A stretch of 64,000 bases of DNA from Parvibaculaceae bacterium (GCA_965219485.1 OZ244774.1:503093-567092), one strand, 5' to 3'. Positions 52,702-61,403 are shown, counted from the stretch's first letter. The notes: generated by a model not told the origin, from the letters alone. Numbers and translations are program-made.

Positions 52702-53214
52702 ATGAGCGCAGAAAATCAAATTGAGCGGCACACGCTATCCGTCCTCGTAGATAATGAGGCGGGTGTTCTGGCGCGCGTTATCGGTCTTTTTTCGGGCCGT
52801 GGCTATAATATCGACAGCCTGACCGTGGCCGAGGTGGATGAGCAAGAGCATATGTCTCGTATCACCATTGTGACTTTGGGCACGCCGCCGATGATTGAAC
52901 AAATTAAAGCCCAATTAGGTCGCTTGGTGCCAGTGCATCGGGTGGTCGATTTAACGGTCGAATGCGAGAGCGTCGAGCGCGAATTGGCTTTGGTGAAAGT
53001 GACAGGCAAGGGCGATGCCCGCGTCGAGGCGCTCCGCATGTCGGAAGCTTTCCGCGCCCGCGTGGTAGATGCGACGCCGGATAGTTTTGTCTTTGAGATT
53101 ACCGGTAATACCGAAAAAATTGATGCCTTTATTGGGCTGATGAAACCTTTGGGTCTTCGAGAAGTTTCGCGCACGGGCGCGGCAGCTATCTCTCGCGGCC
53201 CGGAGGCCATGTAA
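52702..53214 (+). CDS. ilvH: Acetolactate synthase small (regulatory) subunit
   Basis: ACT domain HTLSVLVDNEAGVLARVIGLFSGRGYNIDSLTV plus the AHAS small-subunit C-terminal domain. The start is set at ATG 52702. Confidence 0.93.
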   Translation: MSAENQIERHTLSVLVDNEAGVLARVIGLFSGRGYNIDSLTVAEVDEQEHMSRITIVTLGTPPMIEQIKAQLGRLVPVHRVVDLTVECESVERELALVKVTGKGDARVEALRMSEAFRARVVDATPDSFVFEITGNTEKIDAFIGLMKPLGLREVSRTGAAAISRGPEAM

Positions 53215-53248
53215 AGAGCTCCTGTAATTTTACGTAAACCCTAACTAG

Positions 53249-54277
<1,029 letters not shown>

Positions 54278-54299
54278 AGCTGATTTCAGCGTGACAATA

Positions 54300-54335
54300 G
54301 GGCGGCCTCGCGAAAGCGAGTGCCGCCCTTTTTTC
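54300..54335 (+). terminator. Rho-independent terminator after ilvC
   Basis: GGGCGGC (54300-06) pairs with GCCGCCC (54322-28) around an inner CTCGCGAAAGCGAG hairpin and is followed by TTTTTT (54329-34). It sits between convergent ilvC and the glycine-zipper lipoprotein gene. Confidence 0.7.
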
Positions 54336-54354
54336 GGGGGGGCTCAAAAGGCGC

Positions 54355-54891
54355 CTAGTTTAAAGAGACGCCTTGCATGGTGCTCAGTTGGCCGAGCTGC
54401 TGCTCTTGGCCTTTGACGCAGTCATGGTTGGATTGAATGCGGGTCTGGGTTTCTCCAACAAAAGTCAGTAGAGCCTGTCCCAACGCATAATCGCAAGGGC
54501 GTGCCACTTGAGCGGATGATAAAGTCTCCTCGCCGTCGCGATAGATAATTTGTACTCCATCGACCAATTTTGTAGAGCCTTGTCCAAGGCGTCCAGCCTC
54601 AGACCCGGCAATAACCCCAAGCGCGCCTCCGCCAGAAGAGCGGTTGCTATCGTGGCCAATGGCAGCCCCTAAAAGGCCTCCCACTACGGCACCTATGCCA
54701 GAAGCGAGCTTCTGATTTCGCCGATTGGCGACAGTTACTTTTGCGGGCAGGACGGAGAGGATAGAGATAATTTTAACTTGCTGGCGCTGGTTGACTTGGC
54801 CAGCCGAAAACGACCCCGCTCGATCCTCTTCGCCCGGCGTGGCGCAGGCGGTTAATAAAACAAAGCTACTAATTGTCAAAATACGAAGCAT
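54355..54891 (-). CDS. Glycine-zipper (SlyB / 17-kDa-antigen-like) outer-membrane lipoprotein
   Basis: Lipobox LLTAC|AT and a glycine zipper GIGAVVGGLLGAAIG...GGGALGVIAGSEAG. The start is set at ATG 54891 (MLRILTISSF...); the track start at 54939 adds 16 aa. Confidence 0.75.
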   Translation of the reverse strand: MLRILTISSFVLLTACATPGEEDRAGSFSAGQVNQRQQVKIISILSVLPAKVTVANRRNQKLASGIGAVVGGLLGAAIGHDSNRSSGGGALGVIAGSEAGRLGQGSTKLVDGVQIIYRDGEETLSSAQVARPCDYALGQALLTFVGETQTRIQSNHDCVKGQEQQLGQLSTMQGVSLN

Positions 54892-55109
54892 GGGGTTCCC
54901 CTTATTCTCAGAGCAAACAATTTTGATATTGGCTAGCATAAGGCTTGGGGAGGGTAAAGAAAAGGTAATCGTAAGCTTTTGTTGCTCGTCGTTTGGGTGG
55001 ACTGGATTTGCTCAATTGACTTGATAGGAGAAACTCTTACTATCAAATAAGTCTCCAAATTAATAAAAATTAGGAGTCAAAATAAAAACAATAAAAAGTG
55101 GAGATTAAA

Positions 55110-55481
55110 ATGAATACGAAAATTTTCTTAAGCACCATCGTTTTGGCAGTAAGCCTTTCTGGCTGCGCTACCTTGTTCGGACCCGATTCTCAGACCGTAA
55201 ATATTCGCACGTCGGACAACAAAATGGTTAAAGGGCGACTGACCGACGGAACCCCAGTTAAGATTCCCGGTCCAGTTGTAATTCAAAAAACAGACTCCAA
55301 TCCAGTGCAAGTCTTTGTCAACAAGCGAGATTGCTCGCCTGTCACAAATGTTACTCGCTCATTGGAACCAGCATTTTGGGGAAATTTAATTAGTGGTGGC
55401 CTTCTGGGTTCAGGCACAGATTATATTACCGGTAAAATGTGGAACTATGCGTCAAACGTGACCGTGATTTGCCGCGGTTAA
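55110..55481 (+). CDS. Small lipoprotein, unknown family (paralog 1 of a tandem pair)
   Basis: Signal peptide plus lipobox LSGC|ATLFG, with SD GGAGA 6 nt upstream of ATG 55110. It shares CAT(L/M)xGxDS, RLxDGTxxK(I/V)PG, DCxP and GKMWNY...C with the next ORF. Confidence 0.7.
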   Translation: MNTKIFLSTIVLAVSLSGCATLFGPDSQTVNIRTSDNKMVKGRLTDGTPVKIPGPVVIQKTDSNPVQVFVNKRDCSPVTNVTRSLEPAFWGNLISGGLLGSGTDYITGKMWNYASNVTVICRG

Positions 55482-55496
55482 GGGAATAAAATACAT

Positions 55497-55536
55497 GGGG
55501 AGGGCACCAATGTGTGCGCCTCCCCAATTTTTTGGG
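55497..55536 (+). terminator. Rho-independent terminator/attenuator between the two lipoprotein paralogs
   Basis: GGGGAGGGCAC-CAAT-GTGTGCGCCTCCCC forms an arm pair with one bulge and is followed by AATTTTTTGGG. It overlaps the track's GTG start at 55512 for the next ORF, which argues for the ATG at 55545. Confidence 0.55.
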
Positions 55537-55544
55537 ATAAAAAA

Positions 55545-55940
55545 ATGCAAAAAATAATAAAAAATCTTGGCCTTATATTCTCGGTAGGATTTCTGATGGC
55601 GGGCTGTGCGACCATGCTGGGCGAGGATTCTGAAATTTTAACCGTCCGCGCTTCGAATGACGCAACTTTTGAAGCAAGGCTCTCTGACGGAACCATTTTT
55701 AAGGTTCCCGGCGATGTCGAAATTGTAAAGATAAACTCCCACCCAGTAAGGATTCATGTCGATAATTCTGACTGTTTGCCCACCACCACAGTCGATAGGC
55801 AGATAAGTGGCGAGTTTGTGTGGAATATCCTTGGGGTTACCTCCTCAAGTGGCATTCCTTCCAGCCCTGCCCTAGACTATCTGAACGGAAAGATGTGGAA
55901 CTATAGGGATAATTTGGTCATCCGGTGTAACCTTAATTAG
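55545..55940 (+). CDS. Small lipoprotein, unknown family (paralog 2 of the tandem pair)
   Basis: Signal peptide plus lipobox MAGC|ATMLG. It carries the same conserved blocks and the same two non-lipobox Cys as paralog 1. Confidence 0.7.
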   Translation: MQKIIKNLGLIFSVGFLMAGCATMLGEDSEILTVRASNDATFEARLSDGTIFKVPGDVEIVKINSHPVRIHVDNSDCLPTTTVDRQISGEFVWNILGVTSSSGIPSSPALDYLNGKMWNYRDNLVIRCNLN

Positions 55941-55951
55941 TTCTAAAATTG

Positions 55952-57736
55952 ATGCATTTCTTGATGTCGGTTTTACGACTTAACTTTCTGGCATTATTTG
56001 TATGCTCAGGCTTAGTGCAAGCGCTGGACCTGTCGCCTCCAGACGTCTGGTCAGGGATTGTATCCTTGCCGACGGACACAAAATACGGCGTGGAGGCGTC
56101 TTGGCCAAATAGGCATGAAGTCGCCCTGCAGAAAAAGCTTTTTAATGAGTATGACGAGCGGTTGAAAGTCGGTGATAATGACTGGGTCTGCAACTTTCCA
56201 GCACGAGCTCATATTGTTGCGCGTGCTACAGGCCGAGACCCGAGTGCTTTATTGTCTGACTGTGGCGAACTCCAAGAATTTTTGGCCCGCGTACCGTTTG
56301 ATAGGCTGTCGCTTGTATTTGCTTCGGAACAGCTGAATGCACCTGCGTCCATTATGGGCCATTCTTTCTTGAAGATGGAGGGGCTTAACGAAGATGCAGA
56401 AAATGTTTCCTACGCCATTTCTTTCTTTACCAATATTAACACTTTCAATCTTCCTGGGTTGCTTACAAGCATCCTCTTTACGGGGCGAGATGGCCATGTA
56501 GCCCTCGGCCCGTATGAGCAAATGATTATTGATTATGTCGATGTTGGGGAGCGCAGCATTTGGGAAGTCGAAATTGAGATGACTGCAGAATCCCGTCTTT
56601 TGACCCAGCTTCATATTTGGGAGCTAAGGCTGGCTGCGCCTGAGTATTTGTTTATTTCCTTTAATTGCGCCACCTTTCTGGATCGACTGCTTGCGATCGC
56701 AAGTTCAGGTGGCTACGAGCGGGCTAAGCGTTTTGTAACGCCAATAGATTTGTTTAAAAAGGCGTCGGCTATCTCGCAGCAACAGACCAAAGCAGTGCCC
56801 TCTAGGGATTGGGTCTTCCGATCGCTCGGCGGCTCGTTGGGGTTTCCAGCCTCAGACATAGAAAAGACCCTGACGAAGGACGGTGCGCCCAATCAATATG
56901 GTGATTTTTCTCCAAATGAATTGGTGTTCGCACAGGCATTGAATGAGGACCTGTTTTCAACCAATAAAATTACGCAAGACAGAGCCTTGGAAAACCATCG
57001 AGGCTTAGAGCGTGCGTTGCTTCTCAAAAACATTAACCCAAGCCAGTATTGGCTGCAAAATCATAAAACGCCGTTGAATATAAAACCTGACAGCCAAGTG
57101 TTTTCTTCCATCCAAAAAATCGGCGAGGATGAAAGGTTAAAGATTGGCTACTTGCCAGCAGCACGGCAATTTATGGACAATCGAGATGCTTATTTCGCCC
57201 AACAAGAGAACGTGTTAGCGCAGGTCACCATGTCGGTAGATATGCAAGACGATGATGTCCGGTTAGAAGAGTTCGTGGTCTTGTCTCTCAAGTCTGTTGT
57301 GCCGAAACAAAAATATTCCGATGCGTATTCGTTCAAGTTTGACTTCAGCGCTCGGCGTTTTGTCGACGGTGCGCTGCAACGCCCATTGACAGCCAATCTT
57401 GGCGGTGCCTATGGGGTTGGGTTTTCTTTATCCCCTGATGTGACGGCTTACGGCTTTATGGGTGGCGGCGTGAGAAGCAATAAAAGCCATAACACATGGG
57501 CGTTCGGTGAGATTGAAGCAGGTTTGTTAGTCAAACAAGTTTTTGCAACTAGGGGCGCTCTTGTTTTCACTCGCACCTATCCAGACACACAAGAGCACAA
57601 CGGTGTTTCGGAGCTTAAGTATGACTTTCAGATGGATTTGGCGCCTTCATCTGCTCTTTGGATGACGGCCGGATATCGAAAGTCGAGCCAGCGCGAAGAA
57701 GAGTTTTTTGAGCTGGGCATCAAGCGGTTCTTCTAG
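55952..57736 (+). CDS. DUF4105 (Lnb N-terminal-like) domain protein with probable C-terminal beta-barrel
   Basis: Signal peptide (...FVCSGLVQA|LD). DUF4105-type motifs are present: CNFPARAH, MGHSFLKM and FNCATFLD. The C-terminal ~200 aa shows an alternating hydrophobic pattern and ends ...ELGIKRFF (terminal Phe), which suggests an OMP barrel. Start ATG 55952 or 55964; it lies 11 nt after the paralog 2 stop. Confidence 0.72.
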   Translation: MHFLMSVLRLNFLALFVCSGLVQALDLSPPDVWSGIVSLPTDTKYGVEASWPNRHEVALQKKLFNEYDERLKVGDNDWVCNFPARAHIVARATGRDPSALLSDCGELQEFLARVPFDRLSLVFASEQLNAPASIMGHSFLKMEGLNEDAENVSYAISFFTNINTFNLPGLLTSILFTGRDGHVALGPYEQMIIDYVDVGERSIWEVEIEMTAESRLLTQLHIWELRLAAPEYLFISFNCATFLDRLLAIASSGGYERAKRFVTPIDLFKKASAISQQQTKAVPSRDWVFRSLGGSLGFPASDIEKTLTKDGAPNQYGDFSPNELVFAQALNEDLFSTNKITQDRALENHRGLERALLLKNINPSQYWLQNHKTPLNIKPDSQVFSSIQKIGEDERLKIGYLPAARQFMDNRDAYFAQQENVLAQVTMSVDMQDDDVRLEEFVVLSLKSVVPKQKYSDAYSFKFDFSARRFVDGALQRPLTANLGGAYGVGFSLSPDVTAYGFMGGGVRSNKSHNTWAFGEIEAGLLVKQVFATRGALVFTRTYPDTQEHNGVSELKYDFQMDLAPSSALWMTAGYRKSSQREEEFFELGIKRFF

Positions 57737-57861
57737 TTTACGCTTCCTTAAACTTATCTCCTTACAAGTCTTATTCGTGAGCGAGCCCTAGTTGGCTCTT
57801 GTCTTCTTGCGGACTATTGATAAGGTAAAACTGCCTAAAAATAAAAGAAAGGGTATTTAAT

Positions 57862-58164
57862 ATGAAACTTCTATCAACCTCTCTCCTCGTTGCCAGTGCA
57901 TTCGCTGTGGCCGTTGGAACTATGTCTGTCACACCTGCTGAGGCTAAGAAACGCGAAAAATGTTTCGGTGTTTCCAAAGCTGGTAAAAATGATTGCGCCG
58001 CAGGGCCAGGTACCAGCTGTGCCGGTACGTCAAAAGTAGATTACCAAGGCAATGCCTGGAAATTTATGAAGGTCGGAAAATGCGAAAAAATTAGCCTGCC
58101 AAAACAAAGTAATGGCATGCGTCGTCATGGTTCGCTGGAAGCGCTAAAACGCGACCCAGCTTAA
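57862..58164 (+). CDS. DUF2282-family exported Cys-containing peptide (BufA/HvfA-like RiPP precursor)
   Basis: Sec signal peptide [28 protein letters not shown]|KK. The core is [45 protein letters not shown] with Cys at residues 34, 45, 53 and 74, followed by the tail ...HGSLEALKR typical of the family. Confidence 0.85.
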   Translation: MKLLSTSLLVASAFAVAVGTMSVTPAEAKKREKCFGVSKAGKNDCAAGPGTSCAGTSKVDYQGNAWKFMKVGKCEKISLPKQSNGMRRHGSLEALKRDPA

Positions 58165-58181
58165 GTCGACCTCCGACGAAA

Positions 58182-59066
58182 ATGACCAATCTTCCATGCA
58201 CCGTTGGTGTTGGTTTTAAGCCGTGTCACTTTGCTGATCTGCTGGCCTCTAAAGGGCAAGTCGGGTGGGCGGAAGTGCATGCTGAGAACTATCTTATGGA
58301 TGGTGGATCCATGCGAGCGCAGCTTTTTGAGTTGCGTTCGCATATGCCCATCTCGCTGCATGGCGTGGGGCTCTCGCTCGGCGGCACAAGCGCGCCGGAT
58401 GCAGACCATCTGGCGCGTTTGCGACGCCTGATAGATGAGCTGCAGCCCGCCCAATTTTCGGAACACCTGGCTTGGTCGATGCATAGCGCCAATGGGCAGG
58501 CGACTTTCGCCAACGACCTGCTGCCGGTGGTCTATAGCCAAGAGGCTTTGGCCCGTGTGAGCGCAAATATTGAAGCTGCACAACAGGCTTTGGGGCACAG
58601 AATTCTAATCGAAAACCCGTCGTTATATTTGGCGGCCGAGGGTTGCGATAGCGCTGCCGCGGAAACCGATTTCCTCAGCGCTTTGGTGTCACAGTCTGGC
58701 TGCGGATTGTTGCTGGATGTGAATAATATTTTTGTTACCTGCCAGAACCTCGGCTGGTGCTGCGATGATTATCTTCGCGGGCTGCCTCTTGCAGCTATTG
58801 GCGAGGTGCATTTGGCCGGCCATGCCAGCGATGTTGATGCGTCGGGCAACACGGTGCTTATCGACAATCATGGTGGCCCTGTGGCGCCACCTGTTTGGGA
58901 GTTATATGAGAAGCTACTGGCGGTCAGCGGGCCTCTCCCAAGTCTTATCGAATGGGATACGAATGTCCCAGAATGGACGGTCTTACAAGCGGAGTGCGCC
59001 AAGGCGGAAACTATTTTGAACCGTTTCAGCGCGGATAAAGAACATCCAAAGGCGTGTGTCGCATGA
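58182..59066 (+). CDS. DUF692-family multinuclear non-haem iron oxidase (MNIO; MbnB/HvfB/BufB-like)
   Basis: VGVGFKPCHF, EVHAENY, HGVGLSLG, SEHLAW, IENPS, LLDVNN, HLAGH and LIEWD, a TIM-barrel DUF692 motif series. It starts 17 nt after the precursor gene. Confidence 0.9.
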   Translation: MTNLPCTVGVGFKPCHFADLLASKGQVGWAEVHAENYLMDGGSMRAQLFELRSHMPISLHGVGLSLGGTSAPDADHLARLRRLIDELQPAQFSEHLAWSMHSANGQATFANDLLPVVYSQEALARVSANIEAAQQALGHRILIENPSLYLAAEGCDSAAAETDFLSALVSQSGCGLLLDVNNIFVTCQNLGWCCDDYLRGLPLAAIGEVHLAGHASDVDASGNTVLIDNHGGPVAPPVWELYEKLLAVSGPLPSLIEWDTNVPEWTVLQAECAKAETILNRFSADKEHPKACVA

Positions 59067-59830
59067 CCCAGCAAGCTGCTTTTTTACAGGCCTTATTCGA
59101 GCCCACGGCGGAGGTGCCGCGCGGCTTTTCTCACCCTCAAAAAGGCCAGGCTGCCGTCGAGCGGTTTTCTATTTATCGCAATAATGTGGTGGTTTCGTTA
59201 AAGCAAAACCTAGCGGATGGCTTTCCGCTCCTCGTGGCACTCTTGGGTGACGAGGCGTTTGATGCCTTAGCCGATGATTTCGTGCGCACCCACCCGCCGC
59301 GCTCGCCCTTAATGTTTGCCTATGGCGATGCGCTGCCCGATTTCATTCGTCAATTCCAGCCGTTTGCTGAAGTGCCCTATGCGGCCGACGTGGCGCGCCT
59401 TGAGCTGGCCATGCGCCACGCGGGCCATGCCAGCGATGCGGATGTGGAAACCGAGTTGCAGCTCAGTGATCCAGATACGCAAGGTCTGCGGTTGGCGCCA
59501 TGCGTGCAGCTAGTGATATCGGATTGGCCACTGCATGATTTATGGACGTTTTTAGTCGACCGCACAGATGCGCCGCAAGATATGAGCCTCAGTCAATCGC
59601 TTTTGGTCTATCGGACGCAAGATTTTGATATCGAATTAGTGTCTCTGCCTGCCGGAGGGGAGGCCTTTCTGGCCGCTCTACTGGCTGGGAAGTCGCTCTC
59701 GGTGGCTGGTCAAGCCGCACTCGATGAACGAGCGATGGAAGAGGCAGATATGGCTTGGCTTTTATCGCATCTCGTCGGGGCTGGGCTAGTGACCGCCGTC
59801 TTTCAAACCAAACCAGAAACCAAACTTTAA
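59054..59830 (+). CDS. DUF2063-family partner protein (MbnC/HvfC/BufC-like)
   Basis: FSIYRNNVVVSLKQNLADGFPLLVALLGDEAFDALADDFVRTHPP matches the N-terminal DUF2063 signature. It overlaps the DUF692 gene by 13 nt. Confidence 0.85.
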   Translation: MCRMTQQAAFLQALFEPTAEVPRGFSHPQKGQAAVERFSIYRNNVVVSLKQNLADGFPLLVALLGDEAFDALADDFVRTHPPRSPLMFAYGDALPDFIRQFQPFAEVPYAADVARLELAMRHAGHASDADVETELQLSDPDTQGLRLAPCVQLVISDWPLHDLWTFLVDRTDAPQDMSLSQSLLVYRTQDFDIELVSLPAGGEAFLAALLAGKSLSVAGQAALDERAMEEADMAWLLSHLVGAGLVTAVFQTKPETKL

Positions 59831-59843
59831 TGGAGGAAAAATA

Positions 59844-60407
59844 ATGACAAAATTCCAACAATACTGCCGCGATAGCCTATCGCTTTATCTCAAGGTTATG
59901 AACCGAATAGGGGAAGCAGCTGGCGAATGGTTTATTCCCTTGGCAGCCCGCTTTACGTTTGTGGCCGTCTTGGCGGGCTATTACTGGGCCTCAGCCATGA
60001 CCAAATTGGAAGGTGTTTTCACCCCAACGATTGGTGCCTATTACCAAATTCTACCCAGCATCACGCAAGCTGCCGAATATGACACGGACGCGATTTCTCT
60101 TTTCTTTGCGCCCATCGTTTTATTGGGTAGCTGGGCCGAGTTTATATTGCCAGCCCTCTTGCTGGTCGGCCTGTTTACCCGTGGCGCCGCCTTGGCGATG
60201 GCGGGGTTTGTGATTGTGCAGTCGTTAACCGATATTTGGGGCCACGGCGCCGAAGCAGCCACAATCGGCGCTTGGTTTGACCGAACCTCGGATTCGCTCA
60301 TTCTAGACCAGCGGTTACTTTGGGTGTTTGTGTTGGCTGTTATTGTGGTCAAAGGGGCGGGGCGTTTGTCTCTCGATAATTTTCTGAACCTCGACCGAAA
60401 ACGCTAA
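59844..60407 (+). CDS. DoxX-family membrane protein (BufD-like)
   Basis: About 4 TM helices with a DoxX-like pattern (ARFTFVAVLAGYYW, EFILPALLLVGLFTRGAALAMAG). It starts 13 nt after the DUF2063 gene. Confidence 0.78.
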   Translation: MTKFQQYCRDSLSLYLKVMNRIGEAAGEWFIPLAARFTFVAVLAGYYWASAMTKLEGVFTPTIGAYYQILPSITQAAEYDTDAISLFFAPIVLLGSWAEFILPALLLVGLFTRGAALAMAGFVIVQSLTDIWGHGAEAATIGAWFDRTSDSLILDQRLLWVFVLAVIVVKGAGRLSLDNFLNLDRKR

Positions 60408-60470
60408 TTTTCGCAAAGCTTAAGTTGCAAAATTGCAATCTTGCATTTTTGCAGCTAAGTTGTTGCGATT

Positions 60471-61403
60471 ATGAAAGATCTTGATTGGGACGATTTACGG
60501 TTTTTTCTCGCGGTGGCTGCAGCAGGTAGTCTGTCGGCGGCTGCCCGCGAGTTAAACGTCAACACCACCACGGTGTTGCGCCGCATCGGCAATTTGGAGG
60601 CGGCCCTAGAAGCGCGGCTTTTTGAGCGCCTCCGCAGCGGGTATACGCTTACGCAAGATGGCACTCGGTTGCTACAATCGTTGGAGCCGGTGGATACCAG
60701 CCTTTCGTCGCTACAAAGAGATTTTCAAGCAGATTCAGGAGCTTACGGTGGTATTGTGCGCCTGTCTGCCAGCGATGTAGTGGCTGGGGGCTTGGTGGGC
60801 CCTGCGGTGCCAAGTTTCTTAAAAACCGCGCCCGATATTGCCCTCGACATCATCACGGATCCTAGTCTATCGGGCCCGGGGGGAGCGCCAAGGGTGATGA
60901 ATGTGCTGCGCGATGTTGATGTTGCTTTGCGCTTGGCACGCCCCACGCAAGGCGACATGCTGGCCCGCAAGCTTTGCGATGTGGCTTATGGCGTTTACGC
61001 GACGCCTGCCTACGTAAAGAAATTTGGAGAGATAAATAGCGGTGGCGATTTATCGGGTCACCAAGTCATCGCATTTTCGGAAGAAGAGCGCCCCTTGGGG
61101 CCAGTTTGGTGGCTTTCGCGAGCGGAAAAAAACGCCAAAGTGGTCATGCGCTCGTCCAGCGTGGCCACTCGGATGAATGCCGTCTTCGGAGGCGAGGCCT
61201 TAGCCGCTTTGCCGTGTTTTATTGCCCAACCGCAAACGGGTTTGGTGCAGCTCATTGGGCCTGATTTAGTCGGCAACCTAGAGTTATGGCTGCTCACCAG
61301 AGCTGATTTGGCGCGCCTTGGGCATGTCCGAACTGTGATGGACTTCCTAATTCAGCACGTCAGCGAACGCGCGGCCGCTTTGGCGGGGCGAGAGGCCAAC
61401 TGA
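60471..61403 (+). CDS. LysR-family transcriptional regulator
   Basis: N-terminal wHTH LRFFLAVAAAGSLSAAARELNVNTTTVLRRIGNLE followed by a LysR substrate-binding domain. Confidence 0.9.
   Translation: MKDLDWDDLRFFLAVAAAGSLSAAARELNVNTTTVLRRIGNLEAALEARLFERLRSGYTLTQDGTRLLQSLEPVDTSLSSLQRDFQADSGAYGGIVRLSASDVVAGGLVGPAVPSFLKTAPDIALDIITDPSLSGPGGAPRVMNVLRDVDVALRLARPTQGDMLARKLCDVAYGVYATPAYVKKFGEINSGGDLSGHQVIAFSEEERPLGPVWWLSRAEKNAKVVMRSSSVATRMNAVFGGEALAALPCFIAQPQTGLVQLIGPDLVGNLELWLLTRADLARLGHVRTVMDFLIQHVSERAAALAGREAN

Noticed and set aside
54278-61403. Calling the envelope/RiPP block a mobile genomic island
   Set aside because: No integrase, transposase, tRNA target, flanking direct repeats or plasmid/phage genes are visible. 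The compositional evidence is only spot counts. I report it as a possible accessory block and do not annotate it as a mobile element.
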